NCBI GenBank assembly: GCA_965207185.1
Contig: OZ242271.1
Coordinates: 1,102,904 to 1,166,903, forward strand
DNA length: 64,000 nt
Source of the DNA: Chloroflexota bacterium
GTDB taxonomy: Bacteria > Chloroflexota > UBA11872
Direction of reading: 5' to 3'
The first letter of the stretch is position 1. The number at the start of each line of letters is the position of its first letter. A model generated the notes under the pieces. It was not told the origin of the DNA, did not search any database, and saw only the letters and a list, made by a program, of their open reading frames with translations. The position numbers and the translations under genes are program-made. Of this stretch, positions 49,523 through 59,857 are shown piece by piece.

Positions 49523-50590
49523 ATGACCAACGCTTACCTCGCCTTCATCGGCACCTACACCACAGGCGCCAGCGAGGGCATCTACACGTACCGGTTCGAT
49601 GCGGGCTCGGGCGTGTTGGAGCGTCTAAGCGTTATCGGCGGCATTTCCAATCCGTCGTGGGTGGAGATTTCGCCGTCAGGACGAAACCTCTACGCCGTCG
49701 GCGAGGAATCGCATGGCGTCATCAAGGCCTACGCCATCGACCCAGCCACCGGCGAATTGACCTACCTGAACGAGCAGCTCACGGGCGGCCAGGTTCCCTG
49801 CCACATCAGCGTGGACGCCACCGAGTCTTACGTGCTGCTGGCCAACTACGGCAGCGGCAGCGTGGCCATGTTGCCGATCCAGGCGGACGGAAGCCTGGCC
49901 CCGCTGACCGGCTTCGTTCAACACGAGGGATCCAGCATCCACCCCGTGCGGCAGCTGGGACCGCACGCCCACTCGATCATCCTGGATGCCACCAACCGCC
50001 TGGCCTTCGCCCCGGACCTGGGCATCGACAAGCTGCTGGTCTACGACATTGACCTGGGCAACGGCACGCTGGCGCCCCACCACGTCCCCTGGGTGCGCAC
50101 ACCGGCCGGCGCAGGGCCGCGCCACTTCGACTTCCACCCCAACGGCCAGTTCGCCTACCTCATCAACGAACTGGGTTCGTCGATCTCCGTCCTGCGCTAC
50201 GTCGCCGATCAGGGAGTCTTCGGCGAAATCGAGACCGTCAGCACCCTGCCGGACGACTTCGATGGCGAAAGCACCTGTGCCGACATCCACGTCACGCCCT
50301 CAGGCAAGTTCGTCTACGGCTCCAACCGCGGCCACGACAGCATCGCCATGTTCGCCATCGACCAGGCCACCGGCCGCCTCACCAGCCTGGGCCACGAATC
50401 CACCCGGGGCCAGACCCCGCGCAACTTCGCCATCGACCCCTCGGGAACCTGGCTCCTCGCCGCCAACCAGGACACCAGCACCATCGTCACCTTCCACATC
50501 AACCAACAAACCGGCCACCTCCACCCCACCGGCCACCAAACCCAAATCCCCAACCCCGTCTGCATCAAACTGCTGCCTATCGATCCGTAG
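49523..50590 (+). CDS. pgl: Lactonase family 7-bladed beta-propeller (6-phosphogluconolactonase-like)
   Basis: 'FIGTYT', 'NPSW', 'ANYGSG', 'PHAH', 'GPRH', 'SNRGHDS', 'PRNF', 'ANQ'. Confidence 0.88.
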   Translation: MTNAYLAFIGTYTTGASEGIYTYRFDAGSGVLERLSVIGGISNPSWVEISPSGRNLYAVGEESHGVIKAYAIDPATGELTYLNEQLTGGQVPCHISVDATESYVLLANYGSGSVAMLPIQADGSLAPLTGFVQHEGSSIHPVRQLGPHAHSIILDATNRLAFAPDLGIDKLLVYDIDLGNGTLAPHHVPWVRTPAGAGPRHFDFHPNGQFAYLINELGSSISVLRYVADQGVFGEIETVSTLPDDFDGESTCADIHVTPSGKFVYGSNRGHDSIAMFAIDQATGRLTSLGHESTRGQTPRNFAIDPSGTWLLAANQDTSTIVTFHINQQTGHLHPTGHQTQIPNPVCIKLLPIDP

Positions 50591-50696
50591 TCGGGGCGCG
50601 CCGTCGGCTGCCTGGATCACCGCTTTGTGGCGCTGAACCTTCCGAAGGGCGTGCGGATAGCCGCCCAGGGAAAAGTGGAGCTTGGGACCTCCATGC

Positions 50697-51590
50697 TTAG
50701 GGGATCAGCGCTGGGGCGAGTGGCGCAACGAGATTCATAGCCATGCTGTTGACCATCAGGCCAAGGTTGAACTCGAGCCCTTGCGCGACTGGGATCCCGA
50801 ATCCCCACGCAAACAACCACGGACCGGCCCAGGAATCCCTGCCTATCCAGTCAGGATAGAGGTCAAATGCCGCCACGACTCCTTTCGAGACAAGGATTAT
50901 CGCGATAGTGATCAGGGCCAGCAGCGCTGCGCTGGCAACGCCCACCGTGAAGATCGTGCCCAGCGTTCGACCGTTGCTAAGTCCCATCGTCTGACGGACG
51001 GCCAGGAAAGTTCCGACTAGCACCCAGCCCGAAATCAGCGCACGTAGCGCGGCCGCAATTGGATACACACTGGCGATGCGGGCGCCCACCGTCACGGACT
51101 CAATGTCCGTGATGACGCCCCAAAGGAGCACGACGAAAGCAGGCAACAACAGTCCCAGCACTCCGGGAGCCTGCGCAAACGCAATGGCGCGTGCGACCTG
51201 ACCGAACTCCGGCGCTTCGGCATTGTTGTCCCCGATTCGTGCGCCGGCGCGCCGAAGCCCGAAGGCCCAGAGCGGCCAGGCCGCCACATGCACGATCGCT
51301 ATCACAGTCGCGAGATAAGCAGCCTGAAACACCTCGCCCTCAAAGCTCCCGTACCGCTCAATACCCCAGGCCACGGGAAGGATGTCCCTCGCGGCCACGG
51401 CGGCACCGGTTCCCACCGCTGCGAGAGCCACCACAGTTGTGGCCTGCCGGGTGCTGGCGCCGGGCGCCGCGACTTCCCGGTACACCGTCGGGTCCAGCCG
51501 CAGGGCGCGGAGCATCCGGCTCACGAATCCGTTACCGATAGCTGCCGGCCTCGCTTGCGCGCCGCCTCTGGCCGTCAGTCTGTCATGCAA
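50697..51590 (-). CDS. YIP1-family membrane protein (start uncertain)
   Basis: 'RMLRALRLD..VYREV', 'RAIAFAQAPG', 'AVRQ', multiple TMs. Confidence 0.65.
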   Translation of the reverse strand: MHDRLTARGGAQARPAAIGNGFVSRMLRALRLDPTVYREVAAPGASTRQATTVVALAAVGTGAAVAARDILPVAWGIERYGSFEGEVFQAAYLATVIAIVHVAAWPLWAFGLRRAGARIGDNNAEAPEFGQVARAIAFAQAPGVLGLLLPAFVVLLWGVITDIESVTVGARIASVYPIAAALRALISGWVLVGTFLAVRQTMGLSNGRTLGTIFTVGVASAALLALITIAIILVSKGVVAAFDLYPDWIGRDSWAGPWLFAWGFGIPVAQGLEFNLGLMVNSMAMNLVAPLAPALIP

Positions 51591-51765
51591 GAGCGTGCGC
51601 GGCCATCCCGCCGTGCGTAGCGCTCATTCACGGCACGCGGCCAGTGTTTACGCGGCTCCGCGCCGGGAAGTTGCTCGCCGCCCGCTACGGTTCCGTCCCG
51701 TAGTCGTCCCGAATCCATCGGGCGGCGGGGCCGGTTCTTCCTAGGGAAACCCTTGCGTTACCCTC

Positions 51766-51792
51766 CGTCACTCCCTCGAATGCGGGAATCCA
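51766..51792 (+). repeat. Degenerate CGTC-type REP-like palindrome
   Basis: CGTCACTCCCTCGAATGCGGGAATCCA resembles the CGTCATTCCCGCG-N-GCGGGAATCCA repeat family. Single copy in this window. Confidence 0.55.
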
Positions 51793-51868
51793 GGCGCCGT
51801 CGAACTCTGCACGCGCCCGGATAGGTGCCGGACCTCCTGATCCGAAGCAAGTTGGGCAAGGGTCTCCA

Positions 51869-52906
51869 ATGGACGAAGTGAAAATCTGGGCGCTCGATAG
51901 TGACTCGAACGTCACGCCCTTGGCGTCGAAGGACCAGACGGACACCGAATCCTTGCTGGAGGAGACGCTCGTCAGGAACCCCGACTTGCTGATTCCAGGG
52001 CTGAGGCTCGTTGGCCGGCAGACGCCCACGGACGGCGGGCCGCTCGATCTGCTCGGGGTGGATGAGGACGGCCGGCTGGTCGTGTTCGAGTTGAAGCGCG
52101 GGACGCTGTCGCGGGACGCCGTGGCGCAGATTATCGACTACGCCTCAGATTTGGACGCCAAGAGCGACGTTGCATTGACCGAGCACATCGCCGCCAACTC
52201 CGGCGTGGGCGGCATCGAGCGCATCGAGGACTTCGAGGAGTGGTACGGCGAGAACACCGAAAGCCCGAGCCTCGACGCCCTGAGACCGCTGCGCCTGTTC
52301 CTGATCGGCCTGGGGGCCGACGAGAGGACGGAGCGGATGGTGAAGTTCCTCGCCGAGAACACCGGCATGGATATCTCGTTGCTGACGTTCCACGGCTTTG
52401 CCTACGACGACAAGACCTTCCTTGCCAGGCAGGTGGAAGTGGAAGCAGCCGCAGATCCCGGTCCGCGCCGGTCAACGCGATACCGGAGTACTGAGGAGAG
52501 AAGAGAGCTGCTGAAGAAGAACATAGAGGACTCCAGCATGTCCGAGACCTTCGGCGCCGTGGAGGAGATGTTCGCGACGAATTGGCCCCGGTCCAGCGCT
52601 TATCCGAGAGTGTGGGGACTTAGTATCACGCTCCAGAGACTTGCATATGCACGCATTGACTTTAGGAAGGGAAGCGTGATTGCAGTCTTCTTCCCGCGCG
52701 CCAAAGCCCTGTGCCTGGACGAGTTCCGGCAGCTCCTAGAGGTATTCCGATACGAAACATGGCCGAGGAATCGAGAGCCGTTGAATGACCGGGACACGGA
52801 GATCCATTTCGAGTTCACCGCCGAAGAGTGGGAGCAACACAAGGACCGCCTGTCTGCGCTGACGACAGCGGTGTACGAAGCCTGGGAGAACAGAACCAGC
52901 CAATAG
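51869..52906 (+). CDS. NucS/DUF91-like PD-(D/E)xK endonuclease-domain protein
   Basis: 'E..LE', 'GRQ', 'LDLLGVD...VVFELK', 'QIIDY'. Confidence 0.8.
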   Translation: MDEVKIWALDSDSNVTPLASKDQTDTESLLEETLVRNPDLLIPGLRLVGRQTPTDGGPLDLLGVDEDGRLVVFELKRGTLSRDAVAQIIDYASDLDAKSDVALTEHIAANSGVGGIERIEDFEEWYGENTESPSLDALRPLRLFLIGLGADERTERMVKFLAENTGMDISLLTFHGFAYDDKTFLARQVEVEAAADPGPRRSTRYRSTEERRELLKKNIEDSSMSETFGAVEEMFATNWPRSSAYPRVWGLSITLQRLAYARIDFRKGSVIAVFFPRAKALCLDEFRQLLEVFRYETWPRNREPLNDRDTEIHFEFTAEEWEQHKDRLSALTTAVYEAWENRTSQ

Positions 52907-52938
52907 CAGGCTGCGGCCGCCGCGGATGAGGTAGACGT

Positions 52939-53862
52939 TTAGGTCGCTTCGCCCAGCCTCCGGGCCTGCTCGACGATGTTCACGCCCACCGTTTCGCTCC
53001 ACGCGTCAATCAGGCGGGCATAGAGTTCGCCAGGGTGGCCGTTGCCGACCTGGGTGCCGTTGACCCGGGTTACCGGCAGCAGGCAGTAAGGGGTGCTGCT
53101 GAGGAAGGCCTCGTCGGCGTTGAAGACGTCGTAGAGGGTCAGGTCGGCTTCGCGGACTTCCACGCCCAGGTCCAAGCTCAGGTCGCGAACGGTGGCGAGG
53201 CTCACGCCGGCCAGGCCGGTGCCGGTGCGCGGGGTCAGGATGGCGCCGTCGGACACCAGCATAAAGTTGGCGCCGGTGCCCTCGGCGATGCGTCCCGCGT
53301 TGTCCAGCAGCAGCGTGTAGGCGCCGGGCGCCAGGGCGTTGACTTCCTGCTCGGCCAGCGCCAGGAACATGCGGCTGCGCGTCTTCATGCGCGGGTCCTG
53401 GGTGGCGATGTTGACCTGGCGGATCGAGGGCGTCACGCAGTGCGCGCCTTCCTCGTAGTACGTGCACCAGTACTTGAAACCCAGCTCATGCGTCCACACC
53501 AGCACCGAGGGCCCGGCATCGCCGCGTCCCACGTCCGGAAACTGCGGGTGCGTGCCGCGCGTGATGTTGTGGAAGATCCAGGTGTCGCTGCCGTCTGGCA
53601 GGTCCGGGCTGTTGCGCTCCACGACCTGGAGCGTGACCTCGGTTAACTCCTCAGCCGTCAGGCCCGGGTCCAGGCGGCAGTAGTCGAGCGAGCGGTACAG
53701 CCGGTCGATGTGTTCCTTGAGCTTGAAGGGCTTGCCGCCGAAGGTGCGCGTGGCCTCGTAGACGATCTCGCCGTAGATGATGGCCAGGTCGTTGGGCCAG
53801 TAGCGGGCCTGCTCCAGCGGGACGATTTCACCGTTCGAATAGGCCCAGGTGCTGGCGCTCAT
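52939..53862 (-). CDS. PLP-dependent aminotransferase class IV
   Basis: 'YEATR', 'HIDRLY.S', catalytic Lys 'MKTRSR', 'EGTGANF', 'L.GVS', 'ADEAF'. Confidence 0.9.
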   Translation of the reverse strand: MSASTWAYSNGEIVPLEQARYWPNDLAIIYGEIVYEATRTFGGKPFKLKEHIDRLYRSLDYCRLDPGLTAEELTEVTLQVVERNSPDLPDGSDTWIFHNITRGTHPQFPDVGRGDAGPSVLVWTHELGFKYWCTYYEEGAHCVTPSIRQVNIATQDPRMKTRSRMFLALAEQEVNALAPGAYTLLLDNAGRIAEGTGANFMLVSDGAILTPRTGTGLAGVSLATVRDLSLDLGVEVREADLTLYDVFNADEAFLSSTPYCLLPVTRVNGTQVGNGHPGELYARLIDAWSETVGVNIVEQARRLGEAT

Positions 53863-53924
53863 ATCGAGGAATCCCTACCGGCGACTCGCGCGAAGGAGCC
53901 TAGCACCGGCCGATTTGCGTCCAA

Positions 53925-53940
53925 TGTTTCACGTGAGACA
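53925..53940. promoter_or_regulatory. parS centromere site
   Basis: TGTTTCACGTGAGACA has 1 mismatch from TGTTTCACGTGAAACA. It is intergenic, and the palindrome extends to CAA...TTG (53922-53943). Confidence 0.85.
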
Positions 53941-53955
53941 TTGCGAGCAGCGGAT

Positions 53956-54900
53956 CTACGACAACGGCTTGCGCAGACGCCAAAACACGGCGTTGATGGT
54001 CGCGTCCACCGTGCGGGCGTAGAAGGAATATGGCCCGGCCCCGTAGATCACACCTCCGTCCACGCCCCTATCCCGCAGGTCGGCCAGCGCTCGCTTGAGC
54101 AGCACCGTGCCCACGCCCAGCTTGCGGACCTCCGGCGAGACGCCCATCGGCCCCAGGCGCTCGGGTGCGGCCACATCGGTCACCGCAAAGCCGCAGAACT
54201 CGCCGTCCTTTTCGGCCATCCAGAGGGTCGGCGGGTCCAGCTTCAGGCCGGACGTTGCCAGGTAGGCCCAGCGCCGCCCGACCGGGGCCGTGGCCAGGGC
54301 GCTGGGGTATTCGAACTCGCGCGCCACGTAGTCCCAGGCTTTCTGGAAGTCAGCCATCGTCACCCGACGCACCCGCAGCCCATGGACCTGCTCCAACTCC
54401 GCTTCCTGCTCCGAGGTATCCAGCGGCGTGGTGCGCAGGTCCACGTCCATGTCCATGCCATCGCCCGCGCGCTCGTAGCCCCGCGCCTCCAGGAAGCAAA
54501 GGGCTTCCGTGTAGCGCAGGTCCAGGCCCTGCATAAAGCGGTTGTTGCCGGCGATGATCGCCAGGGACTCTGTTGCGCCCAGACCCGTTAGCCGCTCCTC
54601 GACGTGGTCGAACAGCCGGGTCGCGACACCCCGGCGGCGCATATCCCTCGCGACGGCAAACAGCTTCACCCCGCCGGCCGTCTGCAACTCCTCGCTCGGC
54701 GGCGCCCCGCAGGCCAGGCCGACCAGGCGTTCGCCCTGCCAGACCGTCGGATTCAGGTCCGGGTCGAAATCGGGATCGTCGAGGATGCGGTCCTGGAGAA
54801 TGGCCTCCGAGAAGGGCAGGTGCGCGATCTCGTACCTGCACAGCGCAGCCGCAGCGGGTAGATTTGCCGCTTCCAGGGGCCGAATGTCCAGGTCGGTCAC
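53956..54900 (-). CDS. Tandem GNAT N-acetyltransferase
   Basis: Two motif-A copies: 'AVARDMRRRGVA' and 'GVSPEVRKLGVG'. Confidence 0.88.
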   Translation of the reverse strand: MTDLDIRPLEAANLPAAAALCRYEIAHLPFSEAILQDRILDDPDFDPDLNPTVWQGERLVGLACGAPPSEELQTAGGVKLFAVARDMRRRGVATRLFDHVEERLTGLGATESLAIIAGNNRFMQGLDLRYTEALCFLEARGYERAGDGMDMDVDLRTTPLDTSEQEAELEQVHGLRVRRVTMADFQKAWDYVAREFEYPSALATAPVGRRWAYLATSGLKLDPPTLWMAEKDGEFCGFAVTDVAAPERLGPMGVSPEVRKLGVGTVLLKRALADLRDRGVDGGVIYGAGPYSFYARTVDATINAVFWRLRKPLS

Positions 54901-55799
54901 AGCGCCTCGATCCAGCGGCTCAGCGTCTTGAACTCGCGCTCGGCCAGCGTACGCCCCGCGGGCACGCCGGGTCCCACCTCCGTCTCCACGATCAGATGCC
55001 CGCCATATCCGCGTCGCTTCAACTCCGCCAGGATCGACGGCCAGGGCACATGTCCCTCACCCAGCGCCCGTTTGGCGAACCACCCTGGACCCAGCCGGCG
55101 GCGCGGCGGCTCCATTCGCTCGATCCAGCTGCCGATGTGCTCAAGGTAGAGGCGAAACGGATAGGCGCCAGTCTCGGTGGCGCCGACCAGTGAATGATCC
55201 TTGACGTGCACGTGCAACAGCCGGTCCCACACGGGACCGACGCAGCGAGCCCCAAACGGCGTGGGCGTCTGCATCAGGTTCGCCGGATCGAGAATCAGGC
55301 CCGCGGCCGGGTGATCGACCTCGTCCAGCAGCCGGTTGGCGCCGGCCGCCGATTCAGCCAGCGAGCCGTGGTGCATCTCAACGGCCACCATCACGTCCAG
55401 ATCGGCCGCCGCCTCCGCGCACCAGCGCAGGTGGCGTGCCGCCCGCGCCCAGTGTTCGGACTCAGCCTCCGTGGCAGCCACCCACCCGGGCCAGATCCGC
55501 ACGCTTCGAGCCCCCAGCTCCGCGGCCCACTTCAGAAACCGCTGTGCGGTTTTCCGGGCCTCCACGGCCTCCGCCTCGTCCAGCAGCGCGAAGTTGCCGG
55601 CGTGCGATGCAATGTTGGTGATTTCCAGTCCCTCGAAGAGTCCCTTCAGAAGATCCAGCCGCGCGTCGTCCGAGTCAGGCGCTAGCTGGTGGCGCGTGCC
55701 GCGTAGCTCGACGCTGGCGTAGCCGATCTCCCGCGCCGCGGCGGCAAACTCGGCGGCCGGCTCGTGATCGAACAGCAGCCCCGACAGCGCCACCTGCAT
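54897..55799 (-). CDS. Sugar phosphate isomerase/epimerase (xylose isomerase-like TIM barrel)
   Basis: Intact ligands 'VEMH', 'DPAN', 'HVHVKD', 'LGEG', 'VE'. Confidence 0.88.
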   Translation of the reverse strand: MQVALSGLLFDHEPAAEFAAAAREIGYASVELRGTRHQLAPDSDDARLDLLKGLFEGLEITNIASHAGNFALLDEAEAVEARKTAQRFLKWAAELGARSVRIWPGWVAATEAESEHWARAARHLRWCAEAAADLDVMVAVEMHHGSLAESAAGANRLLDEVDHPAAGLILDPANLMQTPTPFGARCVGPVWDRLLHVHVKDHSLVGATETGAYPFRLYLEHIGSWIERMEPPRRRLGPGWFAKRALGEGHVPWPSILAELKRRGYGGHLIVETEVGPGVPAGRTLAEREFKTLSRWIEAL

Positions 55800-55923
55800 A
55801 CGGCTTCATCCTTTTCCGGCACTCAAGATCCGCCCGCACCGTACGTCATCGCCGATTGGCCGTCGCCGAACCCTCGGCAGGCATACGATTGGGAACCATG
55901 ATGATCCACACGCGCAAGTCAAC

Positions 55924-56706
55924 GTGCACCGACGACGTCTAAGACGCCGGTCAGTCCTGGCCGTGGGCCTGGCGCTCGGCGCCGGCGCGCTGGCCGGCTG
56001 CGGCGACCCGCCGGCACTGGCGCCGCTGCCGTTCGCGGACACGGACCGCGGCAACGTGACCTACCGAACGGCCGACGGCATCCAGGTCGTCGCCACCTTC
56101 ACCCCGCCAGCCACCGCGCCGCCCTGGCCGGCCGTCGTGCTGATGCACCAGTACCAGGGAACACGCGCCCAGTGGGACGACCTGACGCCCGACCTGCTGG
56201 CGGCCGGCCTGGCGGTACTGGCGCCCGATGCGCGCGCCCACGGCGAGAGCCTGCGTCGCGTCCGCGCCGACGGCGGCTACGACATCGAGACGGACCGGGC
56301 CAACACCCTGGACGGCTGGCCCGATGACGTGGTCGCGGCCGTCGCCTGGCTCACGGCGCGCGGCGACATCGACCCGGGTCACATCGGCGTGGGCGGCGCC
56401 AGCGTGGGCGCCAACACGGCCTGGATCGCTTCGGCCGTGCTGCCCGAGGTGCGGCGGGCAGTGGCCGTTAGCGGACGCTTCGAGCCGGGCCGCCTGCTGA
56501 TGGGCGAGGACATCCCCAATTTCCAGCCCCGCAGCGTGCTCTTCCAGACAGATCGCGTAGAGGCCCTTCAGTCCCAGGCCCTCTACAGCCGCACCGCCGA
56601 GCCCCGCCAGGTAAACGTCTACGACACCCCCGGCCACGGCATCGAACTCCTCAAGCATCCCACTCCCCGCCGCGACTTCGTGGCCTGGCTGGCCGAGGGG
56701 ATCTAG
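55924..56706 (+). CDS. Tat-exported alpha/beta hydrolase lipoprotein
   Basis: 'RRRSVL' plus lipobox 'LAGC', 'DARAHGES', nucleophile elbow 'GASVG', C-terminal 'GHG'. Confidence 0.82.
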   Translation: MHRRRLRRRSVLAVGLALGAGALAGCGDPPALAPLPFADTDRGNVTYRTADGIQVVATFTPPATAPPWPAVVLMHQYQGTRAQWDDLTPDLLAAGLAVLAPDARAHGESLRRVRADGGYDIETDRANTLDGWPDDVVAAVAWLTARGDIDPGHIGVGGASVGANTAWIASAVLPEVRRAVAVSGRFEPGRLLMGEDIPNFQPRSVLFQTDRVEALQSQALYSRTAEPRQVNVYDTPGHGIELLKHPTPRRDFVAWLAEGI

Positions 56707-56779
56707 CCAGCCGCAGGCGGGCGCTTAGCGAGGAGCTACCGCAGCCCGCTGGACCCCGTCAGCGAGTTCTCGCTCGCCG

Positions 56780-59386
56780 TTACCCGCAGTCGCTGTAGCC
56801 GCAGGACACACACTTCATGCAGCCTTCCGCGTAGTGGAGTTGGCTGCCGCCGCAGGACGGGCAGGCGCCCACGAAGCCCTGGTCGTGCGCGGCGCCTTCG
56901 ACGTACGTCTCGGCCGCCGGCGCCGAACCGCTGCCGAAAGTCGGCGCGCTCTGCCGAGGCGCCGTCGCGGCCGTGGCCGCGGGTTGCTCGGCCGGGTCGG
57001 GTGTGTACGTGCCCTCGCCCTGCAGGTCCACCATGGGGACGAAGTCGCCGTTCTCGACGTCGATCCGCTTGGCCATGGCCTGCGCGATGCCGTCGCCGCA
57101 CGAGAGCACGCGTTCCGGGCCGAACCCGGCAGGCCGGTGGCAGGTAATCCCACGCAGCGTCTTCTGCACTTCTTCGACCGGCACGCCTGAACGCAGCGCC
57201 AGCGACGCCAGCCGGCCGATGGCCTCGGTTTGCGCGGCGGCGCAGCCGCCAGCCTTGCCCAGCGTGGCAAAGGTCTCGAACGGCAGCCCGCGTTCGTCGT
57301 CGTTGATGGTGACGAACAGCGGACCGCAGCCCGTGCGGATTCGGGTCGTCGTGCCGTGAATCTGGTCGGGCCGTTCGCGTTCGACCGCCGCCACGATCGG
57401 CAGCGGCGTTCGGTCGGCCTTGCCGTTCGAGGCGCCGTTGGCTGCCGGCGTCGGCGTCAGCGTGGGCGCATGCCCGTTGCTGTGACCATTGACGGAGGCG
57501 GCCGCCGGTGCGGGAGCTTGTTCCACGGGCGCCGGGGCCTCGGCCGCCTGCGGCTCGTCGGCTTCGTTGCGGCGCGTCTTGTCGCCGGAGTCGCTGGTGG
57601 TCAGCACCTGGAAGTCTCGGCTGCCGTCGCGGTAGACCGTGACGCCCTTGCAGCCCAGTTCGTAGGCCCGCCAGTAGCCGCGTTCCACGTCCTCGCGGGT
57701 GGCCTCGTGCGGGAAGTTGATGGTCTTGGACACCGCGTTCTCGGTGTTCGCCTGGAAGGCGCTCTGGATGCGGATGTGCCACTCGGGCGACACGTCATGC
57801 GCCGTCACGAAGATGCGCCGGGCCGACTCGGGCACGCCCTTCAGCACTTGCAGGACGTCTGCCGGTGTTTCGTCGGTAATCCGCAGGCTGCCGTGGTTGG
57901 CCTCGATGGCGTCCACCAACTCTTCGCTGAAGAACCCGCGGCGGCGCGCATAAGTCTCGAAAATCGGGTTGACGTAGCGCAGCGTGGTGGCGGCGTTGTC
58001 GTCGCTGTCCCGCATCACGTTCTTCCAGAAGATCAGCGCAAACAGCGGTTCGATGCCGCTGGAGGCGTCCGCAATCATGCTGATCGTGCCGGTCGGCGCG
58101 ATGGTGGTGACGGTGGCGTTGCGCCGCTCGCCGTGGCCCTTGCGGTCCCAGGCCGAGTTGATGAAGTTGGGGAACGCGCCGCGTGCGGCGGCCAGTTCCT
58201 CGGAGGCGCGCCGGCCCTCGTCGTTGATGAACTGCATGACGTCGCCGGCCAGCGCCTCGGCCTCGGGGCTGTCGTAGGGCAGGCCCAGGTGGAACAGCAC
58301 ATCGGCCCAGCCCATGACGCCGAGACCCACGCGGCGGTTGCCGTGCTTGACGATGTCGTCGATTTCCTTCAGCGGGAAGTTGGAGGCTTCGACCATGTCA
58401 TCCAGGAACCGGACGGACAGGTGCACGTCACGCCGCAGGGCGTTCCAGTCGATCCGCGTGCGGTCCTCGGTGAGGTGCCAGTTCAGATTCAGGCTGCCGA
58501 GCACGCAGGCCTCGTAGGGCAGCAGTGGCTGCTCGCCGCAGGGGTTGGTGGTGTCCTGCGGCGCCACGTCCGGCGTGGGGTTGGTGCGCTCCAGCCGGTC
58601 CAGGAAGATCATGCCCGGTTCGCCGTTCAGCCAGGCGCCGTCCACCAGGCGGTCCCAGACGTCGCGGGCGCGCAGTTGCTTCGTCACCTCTTCGGTGCGC
58701 GGGTTGACCAGGTCGTAGTCGGTGTCGTCGCGCACCGCCTGCATGAAGGCGTCGGTGATGCCGACGGAGATGTTGAAGTTGGCGATCCGGCCGTCCTCGG
58801 TCTTGCACTCGATGAAGTCGAGGATGTCCGGATGATCGACGTTAAGGATCCCCATGTTGGCGCCGCGGCGGGTGCCGCCCTGCTTAATCTCGCCGCAGGA
58901 GTAGTCGATCATCGACATGAAGCTGATCGGGCCGCTGGCCACGCCGCCGGAACTGCGCACAAAGTCGCCGCGCGGACGGATACGCGAGAAGTTGAAGCCC
59001 GTGCCGCCGCCGCTCTGGTGAATGATGGCGGCGTGCATGTCGGTGGTCTTGATGCTCAGCAAGTCGTCGTCGATGGGCAATACGAAACAGGCCGCCATCT
59101 GCGCATAGCCCTGCGGCTTGCCCGCGTTCATCAGGCAGGGGCTGTTGGGCACAAAGCGCAGCCCACGCAAGAGGTCGTACATGGAGCCGACGATCTCGTC
59201 GTGGCCGTCGGCGTCCACCCAGCCGCGTTCGCGTTCCACGTCAACGACGCCGCGCACGACGCGACTGAAGAACTCGTCCACGTCCTCAATGGGGTGGTCG
59301 ACGCGGTCCTTCAGGAAGTAGCGCTTGCGCAGCACGGCAAGCGCGTTATCGGAAAGGTTCGGATACGTCGTGCCGCCGTCATGCAT
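56780..59386 (-). CDS. nrdJ: Class II (adenosylcobalamin-dependent) ribonucleotide reductase with TSCPD-like domain and Zn ribbon
   Basis: '[10 protein letters not shown]', 'AACF', 'GGTG', 'RRGANM', 'NPCGEQ', 'TIAPTGT', 'VSKTIN', '[11 protein letters not shown]', C-terminal 'CPSC...EGC..C..CGYS.C'. Confidence 0.96.
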   Translation of the reverse strand: MHDGGTTYPNLSDNALAVLRKRYFLKDRVDHPIEDVDEFFSRVVRGVVDVERERGWVDADGHDEIVGSMYDLLRGLRFVPNSPCLMNAGKPQGYAQMAACFVLPIDDDLLSIKTTDMHAAIIHQSGGGTGFNFSRIRPRGDFVRSSGGVASGPISFMSMIDYSCGEIKQGGTRRGANMGILNVDHPDILDFIECKTEDGRIANFNISVGITDAFMQAVRDDTDYDLVNPRTEEVTKQLRARDVWDRLVDGAWLNGEPGMIFLDRLERTNPTPDVAPQDTTNPCGEQPLLPYEACVLGSLNLNWHLTEDRTRIDWNALRRDVHLSVRFLDDMVEASNFPLKEIDDIVKHGNRRVGLGVMGWADVLFHLGLPYDSPEAEALAGDVMQFINDEGRRASEELAAARGAFPNFINSAWDRKGHGERRNATVTTIAPTGTISMIADASSGIEPLFALIFWKNVMRDSDDNAATTLRYVNPIFETYARRRGFFSEELVDAIEANHGSLRITDETPADVLQVLKGVPESARRIFVTAHDVSPEWHIRIQSAFQANTENAVSKTINFPHEATREDVERGYWRAYELGCKGVTVYRDGSRDFQVLTTSDSGDKTRRNEADEPQAAEAPAPVEQAPAPAAASVNGHSNGHAPTLTPTPAANGASNGKADRTPLPIVAAVERERPDQIHGTTTRIRTGCGPLFVTINDDERGLPFETFATLGKAGGCAAAQTEAIGRLASLALRSGVPVEEVQKTLRGITCHRPAGFGPERVLSCGDGIAQAMAKRIDVENGDFVPMVDLQGEGTYTPDPAEQPAATAATAPRQSAPTFGSGSAPAAETYVEGAAHDQGFVGACPSCGGSQLHYAEGCMKCVSCGYSDCG

Positions 59387-59726
59387 AGCGCGTCTTTGAT
59401 GGAACCGAGAACCGATAGCTCGGTCGCCACCCTCCCCACGTGGCTGTCGGGATCTCGACCAGAGACCCATCCTCAGTATTACCACGCTCAAGTTCAGTGC
59501 GGATCTGTCCCAGTCCTTCGCTTACCAGTGCCTCGTGCGCGCCCCAGGTGCTGGCGGAGTCCTGCGGGAACGCCACACCCATCGAAAACTCCGTCTCCGC
59601 GTGCCGCAAGCCAAAGAGCACCAGGTCATACGCGCCCGTGGACGGGATGATCTGGGCGAAATCGATGACGAACTGCCGTCCGTCGCGCGTGCGGTGCAGT
59701 TCGCCAAGCAATCTGATCACCGCCAT
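59379..59726 (-). CDS. Hypothetical 115-aa protein overlapping the nrdJ start
   Basis: ATG with GGAG upstream. Its stop overlaps the nrdJ start by 8 nt (ATGCATGA), and the composition is globular. Confidence 0.72.
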   Translation of the reverse strand: MAVIRLLGELHRTRDGRQFVIDFAQIIPSTGAYDLVLFGLRHAETEFSMGVAFPQDSASTWGAHEALVSEGLGQIRTELERGNTEDGSLVEIPTATWGGWRPSYRFSVPSKTRYA

Positions 59727-59810
59727 ACCCCCACTCCGGGTCGCCCCACCCCAGCGCCGCTGAACGCAAGAACTGGAAGACCAGCGACGATGGCGACTGA
59801 CTGGGCCTAC

Positions 59811-59857
59811 ATACTACATGTAGGTGGGGGAGAATAGTTACATCCCCTATCTTGCAT
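59811..59857. promoter_or_regulatory. Tandem NrdR boxes (59811-59826, 59842-59857)
   Basis: ATACTACATGTAGGTG and ATCCCCTATCTTGCAT against consensus acaCwAtATaTwGtgt, 31 bp apart. A minus-strand TTGACA lies at 59857-59862, upstream of an RNR gene. Confidence 0.78.

Noticed and set aside
50470-50575. Extremely C/A-rich tract at the lactonase 3' end
   Set aside because: Explained by His/Gln/Thr/Pro/Asn codons in an intact CDS, with no repeat unit.
56780-59386. Intein or intron in nrdJ
   Set aside because: Length and motif order fit an uninterrupted enzyme; the Ala/Pro-rich inserts are inter-domain linkers.
57230-59650. 806-aa plus-strand ORF
   Set aside because: Antisense shadow of nrdJ, typical of high-GC3 DNA, with no recognisable motifs.
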